64,000 bases of DNA from a virus: positions 32,001-96,000 of the IMG/VR virus record IMGVR_UViG_3300032245_000795, one strand, 5' to 3'. How positions within the stretch are numbered: the stretch's first letter is position 1; the number at the start of each line of letters is the position of its first letter. Of the stretch, positions 38,744 to 48,666 are shown piece by piece. A program made the position numbers and the translations under genes. The notes below the pieces were generated by a model. The model was not told where the DNA came from and did no database searches. It was given only the letters and a program-made list of their open reading frames with translations.

Positions 38744-39606
38744 CGATTGAATCTGAGGTTGACTCAGACTATATTATTTTTTGTCCATATCATAACAACA
38801 ATAGAACCCCAGCAGGAGAAATAGATAAGAACAATGGAACCTTCTTTTGCTTTGCATGTCATCACGTAACTGGATTTATTGAATTTGTTATGCACATGTC
38901 AAATAGGACATACTTTGAGGCTGCAAGATTTATAAAAAGCAAAGAGACAGAAACAAGTATTGAAACAGATATTGACAAGGCTTTATATAAAAAACCAGAG
39001 TTCGTAATGTTTGATGAGTTAGTTCTCAAGCGCTTACATAACAATCTTCTATCATCTGACAGAGCAAAAGATTATTTTAGTTATAGGAAAATAACAAAAG
39101 ACTCTACTTCAAAATTTTCTTTAGGCTATTCAGATAAACAAGATATGGTAACAGTTCCAGTTCATAGCCCAGATGGTTTACCAATTGGCTTTGTTGGTAG
39201 ATCAATTGAAGGTAAAGAGTTTAAAAATACTCCAGGACTTCCAAAGTCTAAAACTTTATTCAATTTACACAGGGTAAAAAGTTCTGGAATAGTATATGTT
39301 GTAGAGTCATCATTTGATGCCATTAGACTTGATCAGGTGGGCCTTCCAGCAGTTGCAACATTAGGATCAAATGTTTCTAATATACAAATAGATTTGCTTC
39401 AGAAGTACTTCAATGATATAATTGTTATTGCGGATAATGATGAAGCAGGTGGAAACATGAAAACTAAGATAGTTGAAAAACTTAGTTCTCGTGTATCCGT
39501 AATACAACTAAACAAACAATATAAAGATATAGGCGACATGGACGATAAGTCAATTCAAGAACTGGACTTTCAGTTTGACAAATCAATACAGTCTATGCTA
39601 AACTAA
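38662..39606 (+). CDS. dnaG: DNA primase (CHC2 zinc finger + TOPRIM)
   Basis: CPYH...CFAC, VVESSFD, ADNDEAG, KDIGD. Confidence 0.9.
   Translation: MDSRNRRKHSNLYTKEQIKRVLTGTGVTIESEVDSDYIIFCPYHNNNRTPAGEIDKNNGTFFCFACHHVTGFIEFVMHMSNRTYFEAARFIKSKETETSIETDIDKALYKKPEFVMFDELVLKRLHNNLLSSDRAKDYFSYRKITKDSTSKFSLGYSDKQDMVTVPVHSPDGLPIGFVGRSIEGKEFKNTPGLPKSKTLFNLHRVKSSGIVYVVESSFDAIRLDQVGLPAVATLGSNVSNIQIDLLQKYFNDIIVIADNDEAGGNMKTKIVEKLSSRVSVIQLNKQYKDIGDMDDKSIQELDFQFDKSIQSMLN
39575..39604 (+). promoter_or_regulatory. sigma70-type promoter for the SSB gene
   Basis: TTGACA-N18-TAAACT with an extended TG. Confidence 0.65.
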
Positions 39607-39630
39607 CATAACAACACAAAGGAGAAACAC

Positions 39631-40284
39631 ATGGCAATACTAAGAGGAATAAAGGAAATGGGCCCAGTACTAGATGGCCCAAAGGGTGGAGATGGTCCAA
39701 AGGTTAAGTGGTTAAAACTTGCTGACGGACAATCAGTAAAGATTAGATTCTTAGAAGAACTCGATGAAGATTCAGCAAACTATAACGCAGAGCGTGGACT
39801 AGCAATTGTTGTATCTGAGCACACAAACCCAAAGGACTACAAGCGCAAGGCTGTAGACACAATGGATACAGAGGGTCGTGACTGGGCTGAAGAAATGCAC
39901 CGCAAAGATCCAAAGGCTGGCTGGAGAGCACGTCTTCGTTTCTATTGCAACGTTCTTGTAGACGATGGCATTGAAGCACCATATGTTGCAATCTGGTCAA
40001 TGGGTATCAGCAAGCAATCATCATTCAATACAATTCGTGAGTATGCACTTGAAACAGGAAGCATCTCAAATGTACAGTGGAAGTTAAAGCGTAATGGTCA
40101 GGGAACTGAAACTAATTACACTCTTATTCCATCTGCACCAGATAAGGAACCATTTAACTGGGGAGACATTAAGCCTTACCCACTAGAATCTGCACTACGC
40201 AAGGTTCCATATGCAGAACAAGAAGCGTTCTATTTGGGCTTTGATGGCCCATCTGCCACTTCAGCAACTAACGCTGATTGGTAA
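39631..40284 (+). CDS. single-stranded DNA-binding protein (gp32-like)
   Basis: LKLADGQSVKIRFL, KLKRNGQGTETNYTL, C-terminal ADW; strong SD; lies between primase and polymerase. Confidence 0.7.
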   Translation: MAILRGIKEMGPVLDGPKGGDGPKVKWLKLADGQSVKIRFLEELDEDSANYNAERGLAIVVSEHTNPKDYKRKAVDTMDTEGRDWAEEMHRKDPKAGWRARLRFYCNVLVDDGIEAPYVAIWSMGISKQSSFNTIREYALETGSISNVQWKLKRNGQGTETNYTLIPSAPDKEPFNWGDIKPYPLESALRKVPYAEQEAFYLGFDGPSATSATNADW

Positions 40285-40285
40285 T

Positions 40286-43200
40286 ATGAACTACGTCGGC
40301 TTACATGTCCATACCCATTTTAGTTTATTTGATGGGATTGCTACTCCAGAAGAATACGTTGACCGTGCAGTTGAGTTAGGGATGCCAGCAATTGCCATCA
40401 CTGACCACGGTACTTTATCTGGGCATAGGGAACTGCACCGTATTGCAAAAGCAAAGGGCATTAAGCCAATTCTAGGTCTAGAAGGATACATGTGTGCAGA
40501 CATATCCGATACACGAGATAAGTCTGAAAGAGAAGGTCAACAAGATCTTGTCTACAATCACATTATCCTTCTAGCCAAGAATCAAATTGGTTTAGAAAAC
40601 CTAAACAAGATCAGTGAACTATCTTGGACAGATGGTTTCTTTAAAAAGCCACGTTTTGATTTTAGTATATTAGAAAAGTATAAAGAAGGAATCATTGTTT
40701 CTTCTGCTTGTCCAAGTAGCGTCTTAGTTAAAGCACTTGAAGAAGAAGAGTTTGCTCTTGCTAAAAAGTATCTATCCTGGTTTAAGGAACGTTTTGGAGA
40801 TGATTACTATGTTGAGGTTATGCCTCACAATGAAGCACACATCAATAAGTATTTGATAGAACTTGCAGACGAGTTTGGAATTAAGGTTATTGTCACACCA
40901 GACTGCCATCATGTTGATCCATCACAAAAAGAAGTTCAAGAGTTTAAGTTGCTTATGAACACACACGGCAAATTTATAAAAGATGCAACATATGAAAAAT
41001 CAAAGAAAAAGGGAAACATGATGGAACGCCTTGACTACCTTTATGGCGAAGATCGTCAGATAACATTTAATAAGTTTGACATTCACCTTCTATCATACGA
41101 AGAGATTAAAGCAGCGATGGAATCGCAGGGTATTGATAGACCTGACATCTATGAAAACACAATCTTATTAGCAGATACAGTAGGAGACTATGGAATTCAA
41201 GAAGGTTTAAACCTACTGCCAGTACAATATAAGAGTCCTGATAAGGAACTTGCAAAGGCTGCGCTTGAAGGTTTGGTAGAGCGAGGTTTGTCAGAGAACC
41301 AAGAGTACCTGGATAGACTTGAAGAAGAGTTGCAGATTATTAAGGATAAAAAGTTTGCTCCATACTTCCTTGTTGTAAGCAACATGATCAATTGGGCTAA
41401 GAAAGAAGAGATCATGGTTGGTCCTGGCCGTGGTTCATCTGCTGGCTCTCTTGTTTGTTATGCTTTAAATATCACAGACATTGATCCCATTGAGCACAAT
41501 CTTTTGTTCTTCCGCTTTATTAATCCAGAGCGTAATGATTTTCCAGATATTGATACAGACATTCAAGATACTCGTCGTGAAGAAGTAAAAGATTATCTTG
41601 TTAGACAGTATCGACATGTTGCATCTATTGCTACCTTCCTTGAGTTTACAGGCAAGGGAATTGTTAGAGATGTCTCAAGAGTTTTAAATATTCCTTTGTC
41701 AGATGTAAACAAGGTTTTGAAAACTGTAGACTCTTGGGATGATTTCTGTACATCAAAATCAACTAGAGATTTTCGTGAAAAGTATCCAGAAGTAGAAATC
41801 TACGGAGAACAACTTCGTGGTCGCATCCGTGGTACAGGCATTCACGCTGCTGGTGTTGTAACTGCAAAAGAGCCAATCTTTAGATACGCACCACTTGAAA
41901 CAAGATCATCTACTGGATCGGATGAAAGAATCCCTGTTGTAGGTGTTGACATGGAAGAGGCTGAAAGAATTGGCTTAATTAAGATTGATGCTTTAGGTCT
42001 TAAAACTTTGTCTGTTCTTAAGAATACGATTGATATTATTAAAGAGCGAGATGGCAAGAAGATAGATCTTCTTAAGATTAAAATGGATGATGCAAATGTT
42101 TATCAGATGCTCTCAGATGGATACACAAAGGGAGTATTCCAGTGTGAAGCAGCGCCATATACAAACCTTCTTGTTAAGATGGGCGTTAAGAACCTCAATG
42201 AACTAGCAGCATCAAATGCTCTTGTTCGTCCAGGTGCAATGAATACTATTGGAAAGGACTACGTTGATCGCAAGCATGGCCGTCAAAATATTTCTTATAC
42301 ACACCAAGTACTAAAACAATTTACGGAGGACACCTATGGCTGTATTCTTTACCAGGAACAAGTTATGCAAGCATGCGTACACCTTGGCGGTATGTCCATG
42401 TCGGAAGCAGATAAAGTTAGAAAGATCATTGGAAAGAAAAAGGATGCTAAAGAATTTGATCAGTTTAAAGAGAAGTTCGTAGAGGGTGCATCAAAGTTCA
42501 TCGCTCCAAACCTTGCTCGTGATCTGTGGCATGACTTTGAGGCTCACGCAGGATACTCATTTAATAAGTCTCACGCAGTAGCATACTCAACGCTATCTTA
42601 TTGGACAGCATGGCTAAAGTACTATTACCCACTTGAGTTTATGTACTCAGTACTAAAGAATGAAAAAGATAAAGATGCCAGAACTGAATACCTTATTGAA
42701 GCAAAGAGAATGGGCATTAGTGTTAAGTTACCTCACATTAACGATTCGGATATTGATTTTAAAATTGAGGGTAAAGGCATTAGGTTTGGACTTACTGCTA
42801 TAAAGTACATATCTGATAAAATTGCAGAGAGATATATTGCAGCACGACCTTTTAGTTCATATAAAGAACTAGAAGAGTTTACGTTTACAAAAGGAAACGG
42901 AGTAAACTCTCGTGCACTACAAGCATTAAGAGTTATTGGTGCTGCAACCTTTAATGATAATCCTAGAAATGATCAAGACATTAAGGAGAACCTATACGAG
43001 TACTTAAACCTTCCAGAGTTTAATATTACTATTCCTTCGCACTATTATGCATTCATTCAGGATATTGTAGACTTTGAGGAAAAAGGATCTTACATTTTTA
43101 TGGGTATGGTAAAATCAATTAAGCGAGGAACAGGATGGTCACGAGTTGAAATTTTGGACAAAACTGGCAGTGTCGGTATATTTGATGATGAAAATACAAC

Positions 43201-43561
43201 TATTGAGACAGGTCGCTCTTATCTGGTTCTGTGTAATGATAACAGGATTGTTTCTTTCATACCTTCAGATGAGATAAAAGAATCATCTCATGCTCTTGTG
43301 AAGTTCTTAAGTTATAAACAACTTCCATACAAAGATGATGAAATGTTTGTAGTTTCTTTTAAAACAAGAATTACAAAGACTGGAAAAAAGATGGCATCTC
43401 TTACTCTTGCAGATACAAGTAGAGACTTGCATTCTATTACAGTATTTCCTACATCTTTTGCAAAAGCATATATGCATATCGAAGAAGGAAAATCTTATAA
43501 GTTTGATTTTGGCAAGACTAAGGACGGAACCGTAACATTGGAGGATGTACATGTCAGTTAG
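40286..43561 (+). CDS. dnaE: DNA polymerase III alpha subunit
   Basis: PHP domain LHVHTHFSLFDG and AITDHG; GRGSSAGS; PDIDTD; HAAG; KIDALGL; YSFNKSH. Confidence 0.95.
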   Translation: MNYVGLHVHTHFSLFDGIATPEEYVDRAVELGMPAIAITDHGTLSGHRELHRIAKAKGIKPILGLEGYMCADISDTRDKSEREGQQDLVYNHIILLAKNQIGLENLNKISELSWTDGFFKKPRFDFSILEKYKEGIIVSSACPSSVLVKALEEEEFALAKKYLSWFKERFGDDYYVEVMPHNEAHINKYLIELADEFGIKVIVTPDCHHVDPSQKEVQEFKLLMNTHGKFIKDATYEKSKKKGNMMERLDYLYGEDRQITFNKFDIHLLSYEEIKAAMESQGIDRPDIYENTILLADTVGDYGIQEGLNLLPVQYKSPDKELAKAALEGLVERGLSENQEYLDRLEEELQIIKDKKFAPYFLVVSNMINWAKKEEIMVGPGRGSSAGSLVCYALNITDIDPIEHNLLFFRFINPERNDFPDIDTDIQDTRREEVKDYLVRQYRHVASIATFLEFTGKGIVRDVSRVLNIPLSDVNKVLKTVDSWDDFCTSKSTRDFREKYPEVEIYGEQLRGRIRGTGIHAAGVVTAKEPIFRYAPLETRSSTGSDERIPVVGVDMEEAERIGLIKIDALGLKTLSVLKNTIDIIKERDGKKIDLLKIKMDDANVYQMLSDGYTKGVFQCEAAPYTNLLVKMGVKNLNELAASNALVRPGAMNTIGKDYVDRKHGRQNISYTHQVLKQFTEDTYGCILYQEQVMQACVHLGGMSMSEADKVRKIIGKKKDAKEFDQFKEKFVEGASKFIAPNLARDLWHDFEAHAGYSFNKSHAVAYSTLSYWTAWLKYYYPLEFMYSVLKNEKDKDARTEYLIEAKRMGISVKLPHINDSDIDFKIEGKGIRFGLTAIKYISDKIAERYIAARPFSSYKELEEFTFTKGNGVNSRALQALRVIGAATFNDNPRNDQDIKENLYEYLNLPEFNITIPSHYYAFIQDIVDFEEKGSYIFMGMVKSIKRGTGWSRVEILDKTGSVGIFDDENTTIETGRSYLVLCNDNRIVSFIPSDEIKESSHALVKFLSYKQLPYKDDEMFVVSFKTRITKTGKKMASLTLADTSRDLHSITVFPTSFAKAYMHIEEGKSYKFDFGKTKDGTVTLEDVHVS

Positions 43562-44561
43562 TATAGAAGAAGCGTTAGCACAACTTGATCCCAAGTTAAG
43601 GAAAAGATTGGGTAGCGGAGTGGGTGTTAATTATGAATACCAGCCAACACCTAGTTTTGGTTTAAACCGTGCACTTGGTGGTGGACTGCCATACGGTAGG
43701 CAAGTTCTTATATGGGGATCAAAGTCATCAGCAAAATCTTCTATGTGTCTTCAAATGATTGCTCTTGCTCAAGCAGAAGGCAAGTTATGTGCATGGATTG
43801 ACTCAGAGATGTCATACTCAGAAGATTGGGCCAGAACTCTTGGGGTAGATCCAGAAAAACTTATTTACTCACAGGCAAGAACTATTAGCGATATGGTAGA
43901 TGTAGGTGTTGGATTAATGAACGCTGGGGTTGACTTGATTGTGGTAGATTCTATTACATCAATGCTTCCAGCAATTTATTTTGAAAAAGATACAGATGAA
44001 ATGAAAGCATTAGAAAATACAAAACAGATTGGAGCAGAATCTCGTGACTTTAGTAACGCATGGAAAATGCTTAACTATGCAAACAATAAAGTTAAGCCAA
44101 CTTTGCTTGTTCTTATTTCTCAGTCTCGTAACAATATCAATGCTATGTATACTAGCCAGCAGCCTTCTGGTGGTCAGGCTACTAAGTTTTATTCCTCATG
44201 TATTGTTAAACTCTTTTCTTCAGAGTCAGACAATCAAGCAATTAAGGGCAAGATCAAGATAGGAGACAAATTAATTGAAGAAAAAATTGGTAGAACTATT
44301 AAATGGGAACTACAGTTCTCAAAAACCTCCCCAGGGTTTCAATCTGGCGAGTATGATTTTTATTTTAGAGGTGACGATATTGGTCTTGACACCATCGGCG
44401 ATCTTGTTACTACTGCTGAATTAAATGGTATTGTAGAACGAACAGGAGCATGGTACATACTTCCTGACGGATCAAAGGTCCAGGGAAAAGAAGCATTTGT
44501 TAATCGTGTAAGAGAGGATCTTGACTTGCAAGAATCAATCAAGGCTAAACTAAATGGCTAG
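43551..44561 (+). CDS. recA: RecA/UvsX-like recombinase
   Basis: LGGGLPYGR, Walker A variant GSKSSAKS, WIDSE, IVVDS, GGQATKFYSS, GAWY. Confidence 0.9.
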   Translation: MSVSIEEALAQLDPKLRKRLGSGVGVNYEYQPTPSFGLNRALGGGLPYGRQVLIWGSKSSAKSSMCLQMIALAQAEGKLCAWIDSEMSYSEDWARTLGVDPEKLIYSQARTISDMVDVGVGLMNAGVDLIVVDSITSMLPAIYFEKDTDEMKALENTKQIGAESRDFSNAWKMLNYANNKVKPTLLVLISQSRNNINAMYTSQQPSGGQATKFYSSCIVKLFSSESDNQAIKGKIKIGDKLIEEKIGRTIKWELQFSKTSPGFQSGEYDFYFRGDDIGLDTIGDLVTTAELNGIVERTGAWYILPDGSKVQGKEAFVNRVREDLDLQESIKAKLNG

Positions 44562-44730
44562 TTATACAGTTTATAATGGAAAATTTGTTTGTCATGAGTG
44601 TAAAGCAGAGGTTAAATCTTTAAGACTTTATGCAGATACTAAAACTGCAACATGGATGTGCCCAAGCAAACACTTAAGCACAGTTAAGTTTGGAAAGCAG
44701 AAATGGAAGGGCAATGACAGAGAAGAGTGA
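44554..44730 (+). CDS. small zinc-finger protein (not in the ORF track)
   Basis: 58 aa MASYTVYNGKFVCHECK...WMCPSKH; fills the gap and overlaps both neighbours. Confidence 0.65.
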   Translation: MASYTVYNGKFVCHECKAEVKSLRLYADTKTATWMCPSKHLSTVKFGKQKWKGNDREE

Positions 44731-44995
44731 GTCAAAGAGAATAGGTGCTAAACAGCACAAGAACTCTGGTCGCAATACTCAAAAAGGAGATGCTTCTTGG
44801 AAAAACTTTGTTGTAGACTTTAAAGAGGTTGGAAAATCTTTTACATTAAATAAAGAAGTTTGGGCAAAAGCCACTACGGATGCTATGAAAAACGGTAAGG
44901 ATCCAGCCATTGTTGTGATAATGGGAGAGGGTAATGCAAAGGTTAGGCTTGCTATAATTGAGATGAGCATTTTAGAAGACATGGTGGAGGAATAA
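44714..44995 (+). CDS. small PD-(D/E)XK nuclease, Holliday junction resolvase-like
   Basis: NSGR..KGD ... VDFKE. Confidence 0.6.
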   Translation: MTEKSESKRIGAKQHKNSGRNTQKGDASWKNFVVDFKEVGKSFTLNKEVWAKATTDAMKNGKDPAIVVIMGEGNAKVRLAIIEMSILEDMVEE

Positions 44996-45300
44996 TGGAA
45001 CAACAAGGAACAACAATAGATATGGTAAATGGTCTTGCAGAGATTGCAGACTACATGCAAGATGAAGAACTAACGGTTGCATTGACAATGATTGCTAAAC
45101 TAATTATAAAGCCAGACATTCCAATCAATGTTGCTCACGTTGAGATTGTAAGGCTTCAGGCAATTGCAGCAAAGATGGCTTTTAAGGCTACATGGATGGC
45201 TAATGTTGACAAGTCCGATAGGGGAAAGAAGAATCTTTACTATACTGCAGCAGAATCACTTAATAATTTAGTGTCTGCACTCAAGTATATAACCCGCTAA
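44995..45300 (+). CDS. hypothetical protein
   Basis: Coupled ORF with SD GGAGG. Confidence 0.7.
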   Translation: MEQQGTTIDMVNGLAEIADYMQDEELTVALTMIAKLIIKPDIPINVAHVEIVRLQAIAAKMAFKATWMANVDKSDRGKKNLYYTAAESLNNLVSALKYITR

Positions 45301-45302
45301 TC

Positions 45303-45311
45303 TGCTATACT
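45303..45311 (+). promoter_or_regulatory. extended -10 promoter (TGCTATACT)
   Basis: Intergenic match. Confidence 0.55.
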
Positions 45312-45335
45312 TATACTAATAGAAACGAGTAAAAA

Positions 45336-46136
45336 ATGACAAAAAGTTTATTGCAACAGATTATGGTAAAGCAGGAAAAGCCACCAGTACACTCAATAGA
45401 TGTTGCTGGTTTAACTGAAAAGATTCAGTCTGGTTATACTGTTAATCGTATTGACAAGCAGACACAAAAGAAGACTTTCGCACCATCTACAATTGCCTAC
45501 GGGCATGGAGAATGCCCAAGATATTGGTACCTTGCTTTTGACGGACAGATGTTTGAAGATGATGCAACACCATATAGCGCAGCCAATATGACTGCAGGAA
45601 CAAAATCACACGAAAGAATTCAGGAAGCGATGAGGAATGTTCCAGAATTTTTAGTAGATGAAGAATTTAAGATTACGTATACTGATCCACCAATTTTTGG
45701 TTACGGAGATGTTATGGTTAATTGGCAGGGAGAAGAACTTCTTGGTGAAATTAAAACAATGATGAATGAGGGTTTTGAATACCGTAAGGCTCACATGAAG
45801 CCTAAGACTGGACACCTTGTTCAGTTGCTTATTTACATGAAGATTCTTAATAAAGCAAAGGCTGTTCTTATTTATGAAAATAAGAATAATCACGAGTTGC
45901 TTATTCTTCCAGTAGAAGTAAATGATTATTATCGTCGGTGGGTAGACCAGACGTTTGAATGGATGAGATCAGTTCGTAAGGCTTGGGTCGACAGAACTCT
46001 GCCTGAAAAGAACTATCGCTCAAATTCAAAGATCTGCAAATCTTGTCCTATTAAAAAGGCTTGTGCAGATGCTGGCAAGGGAGACTTTAAACTAAAGTCC
46101 TTGGAGCCTATAGATGAAGAATTGTCAATGGTGTGA
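45336..46136 (+). CDS. Cas4-like PD-(D/E)XK exonuclease
   Basis: N-terminal CPR, GTKSH, GYGD, EIKT, QLLIY, C-terminal CKSCPIKKAC (split four-Cys cluster). Confidence 0.8.
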   Translation: MTKSLLQQIMVKQEKPPVHSIDVAGLTEKIQSGYTVNRIDKQTQKKTFAPSTIAYGHGECPRYWYLAFDGQMFEDDATPYSAANMTAGTKSHERIQEAMRNVPEFLVDEEFKITYTDPPIFGYGDVMVNWQGEELLGEIKTMMNEGFEYRKAHMKPKTGHLVQLLIYMKILNKAKAVLIYENKNNHELLILPVEVNDYYRRWVDQTFEWMRSVRKAWVDRTLPEKNYRSNSKICKSCPIKKACADAGKGDFKLKSLEPIDEELSMV

Positions 46137-46389
46137 TAAACAATTTAAAACAGATATAACATATCAGATATATTGTTCACCAGAGTGTAGAGACATGTCA
46201 ACAAAAGAAAAAATTGCTGCAAGGTATATAATTTCTAGAAGACAAAAAAGAAAAGGTAAGGATAGAAATTGCAAATCATGCAAGGAGCCTTTGTCAATAT
46301 ATAATGACGAAACTCTTTGTGTAAAGTGCAATGTGAACCCTTCTGATGTAGCAAAAGCATTAAAAGAAATTAAGGATAACTTAAAATGA
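46114..46389 (+). CDS. zinc-finger protein
   Basis: CQWC...YCSPEC, CKSC...CVKC. Confidence 0.7.
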   Translation: MKNCQWCDKQFKTDITYQIYCSPECRDMSTKEKIAARYIISRRQKRKGKDRNCKSCKEPLSIYNDETLCVKCNVNPSDVAKALKEIKDNLK

Positions 46390-46982
46390 AACTAGCAGAG
46401 GCAATAGGAACTAAACCTCCAAAAACTATTTGTGCTATAGATGCAAGCACTAATAGTCTTGCCTTTGCTATTTTTGATACACAACAAAAAACTTTAGAGT
46501 CGGTAGGAAAGATTACTTTTAAAGGTAAGAATACTTACGAAAAGGTTATGGATGCAGGACAAAAAGTAAAGTTGTTTCTTGACATGTATGGTGGCTTTGA
46601 AGCAATAGTAATTGAGCACACGGTTTTTATGAATAGTCCTAAGACGGCAGCAGACTTGGCTTTAGTTCAAGGAGCAATTCTTGGATCAGCAGGACAATCT
46701 GGAACTAAGTCTATAGGAAAGGTTGCTCCAATAACATGGCAAAATTTTATTGGTAATAAAAAAATATCTAAAGATGAAAAATTGTATATTAAATCACAGA
46801 ATCCAGGCAAGTCAGATTCATGGCTTAAGTCGTATGAGAGAGACTTAAGAAAACAAAGAACAATAAACTTTATTAATATGCAATACGATAGAACAATAAC
46901 TGATAACGATGTAGCAGATGCCTGTGGAATTGGTCACTGGGCATTAAAGAACTGGAACAAAGCAATAGGAGAGGAAAAATAA
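46386..46982 (+). CDS. RuvC-like resolvase
   Basis: AIDAST, IVIEH, DNDVADACGI. Confidence 0.8.
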   Translation: MKLAEAIGTKPPKTICAIDASTNSLAFAIFDTQQKTLESVGKITFKGKNTYEKVMDAGQKVKLFLDMYGGFEAIVIEHTVFMNSPKTAADLALVQGAILGSAGQSGTKSIGKVAPITWQNFIGNKKISKDEKLYIKSQNPGKSDSWLKSYERDLRKQRTINFINMQYDRTITDNDVADACGIGHWALKNWNKAIGEEK

Positions 46983-47626
46983 TGCCAGAGTTAAATGCAA
47001 ACATACCACCAATAGAATGTTATGTGCGTGGAAACTTTTTAAGAGATCAAGAAGATACCCATGATCAATACTTTCCATGTGTTATTTTTGGTGTGTCAAG
47101 CATTAAAGGAAGAAGCCCACTATTTCATTTCTTAATGGAAGATGGTGGACTGTGGTGGAGAATGCCAATCAATGCTTTTTGCACAAAGCCAGGAGTTCCA
47201 GAAGAACCTATTTACAATCTTGTACTATGGAATTCGTTTTCTCCACATGTAACTGTAACTAAATTTCAAAACTTGGTTAACATGAGAATGTCTTATCTTA
47301 ATAGAGAAAAAGAAAATGTTCCTGGTAAGTATTTATTTACCCTTGATTGGCATAACCCAGAATCAAATATTTTAGATGACGGATACTCTGAAAATCCAGG
47401 ACAACATAAATGTGGCCATGTAATTCAAAGAGATGACGGAAACTTTGCTATACAGCCTAACAATAGAGTTAAACTATATGAGCCTTCTTTTGTAACAAAG
47501 AATAGTTTATTACTGCATAGGCTTGTGAATACAAATAAATGGGATGTTGAAAGTTATGACAAGTGGGTCTTAGAAGATTCAAATGCTTATAACTATGAAA
47601 TTTTTGAGTCAGGAGTTGACAATTAA
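46982..47626 (+). CDS. hypothetical phage protein
   Basis: 214-aa coupled ORF with SD; no recognisable catalytic motif. Confidence 0.7.
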   Translation: MPELNANIPPIECYVRGNFLRDQEDTHDQYFPCVIFGVSSIKGRSPLFHFLMEDGGLWWRMPINAFCTKPGVPEEPIYNLVLWNSFSPHVTVTKFQNLVNMRMSYLNREKENVPGKYLFTLDWHNPESNILDDGYSENPGQHKCGHVIQRDDGNFAIQPNNRVKLYEPSFVTKNSLLLHRLVNTNKWDVESYDKWVLEDSNAYNYEIFESGVDN

Positions 47627-47644
47627 TATCGTGGGTGCTAAACT
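47616..47644 (+). promoter_or_regulatory. sigma70-type promoter
   Basis: TTGACA-N17-TAAACT with an extended TG. Confidence 0.6.
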
Positions 47645-47786
47645 ATATACAAGCGAAACATTTATGCGTAAAAGATATCTTATGGATAAGAAAACACCAG
47701 AAGACATTGCAAAGGAATGTGGCTGCTCATTAGAGACTATATATGTATATCTTGCTAAGTTTGGATTAAGGAAATCAAGGCGATGA
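47631..47786 (+). CDS. small HTH protein
   Basis: KTPEDIAKECGCSLETIYVYLAKFGL; start is GTG 47631 or ATG 47664. Confidence 0.65.
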   Translation: MGAKLYTSETFMRKRYLMDKKTPEDIAKECGCSLETIYVYLAKFGLRKSRR

Positions 47787-47905
47787 AAAAAGTTAAATAT
47801 ATTTTGTTCGTAGCATCACTGGTAGCAGCAGTTGGTATTTCTTATGCAACTGCAACATTGCGTAATATACCAGAGTCTTTTGACTGGGAGGAAGATGATG
47901 AGTGA
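47783..47905 (+). CDS. small membrane protein (not in the ORF track)
   Basis: 40 aa MKKVKYILFVASLVAAVGISYAT...DWEEDDE; ATGA overlap with the upstream gene. Confidence 0.55.
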   Translation: MKKVKYILFVASLVAAVGISYATATLRNIPESFDWEEDDE

Positions 47906-48140
47906 AAACCTTAACATAACAGTTGATCAAGTTAATCATCCAACACATTACACTACAGATCCTTCTGGAGTAGAGTGCATTCAGATTACAAGGCATCGCA
48001 ATTTTAATATTGGTAATGCCTTTAAGTATTTATGGAGAGCAGGGATCAAGGATGAATCAAAAACAATTCAGGATCTTGAGAAGGCAATCTTTTATATTAA
48101 AGATGAGATAAACAGACTAGAGGGCAAGTATGTCAACTGA
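47895..48140 (+). CDS. DUF3310 / T7 gp1.7-like protein
   Basis: VNHPTHY..GVECI...FNIGNAFKYLWRAG.K...DLEKAIFY. Confidence 0.8.
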   Translation: MMSENLNITVDQVNHPTHYTTDPSGVECIQITRHRNFNIGNAFKYLWRAGIKDESKTIQDLEKAIFYIKDEINRLEGKYVN

Positions 48141-48666
48141 AGATGATTTAGTTAAGCACCTTGATCAGGTAAACCAGGTAGTTGAAGAATACTTGAAGGG
48201 TAATGATCCAACAGTAATCTCAAAACAATTGTCTATTCCAAGACAGAAGGTTGTAACACTTATTAATGAGTGGAAAGTTATGGCATCTGCTAATGATGCT
48301 ATTCGTGCTCGTGCTAAAGAAGCCTTAGCAGCAGCAGATACACACTACAGCAAACTAGTTTCTCGTACATATGAAGTTATTGATGAGGCATCTATGACTA
48401 ATAATCTTAGTGCAAAAACTGCAGCAATTAAACTTGTAATGGATATAGAGTCTAAAAGAATTGATATGCTTCAGAAGGCTGGCCTGCTTGAGAATAAAGA
48501 ACTTGCTGAAGAGATGATGGAAATTGAAAAGCGTCAGGAAATTCTTGTCCTTATTCTAAAAGACATCGCATCTGAATACCCACAGGTTCGTGATGAGATT
48601 ATGCGTAGACTTTCTGCATTTGCAAAAGACAATGAGGTGATCACAGTTGTCCACGATGTTCAATGA
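48130..48666 (+). CDS. probable terminase small subunit
   Basis: N-terminal HTH plus helical region; overlaps the large subunit start. Confidence 0.55.
   Translation: MSTEDDLVKHLDQVNQVVEEYLKGNDPTVISKQLSIPRQKVVTLINEWKVMASANDAIRARAKEALAAADTHYSKLVSRTYEVIDEASMTNNLSAKTAAIKLVMDIESKRIDMLQKAGLLENKELAEEMMEIEKRQEILVLILKDIASEYPQVRDEIMRRLSAFAKDNEVITVVHDVQ

Noticed and set aside
45336-46136. Cas4-like gene as evidence of a CRISPR-Cas system
   Set aside because: No repeat-spacer array or other cas genes seen; solo Cas4-like nucleases are common in phage recombination modules.
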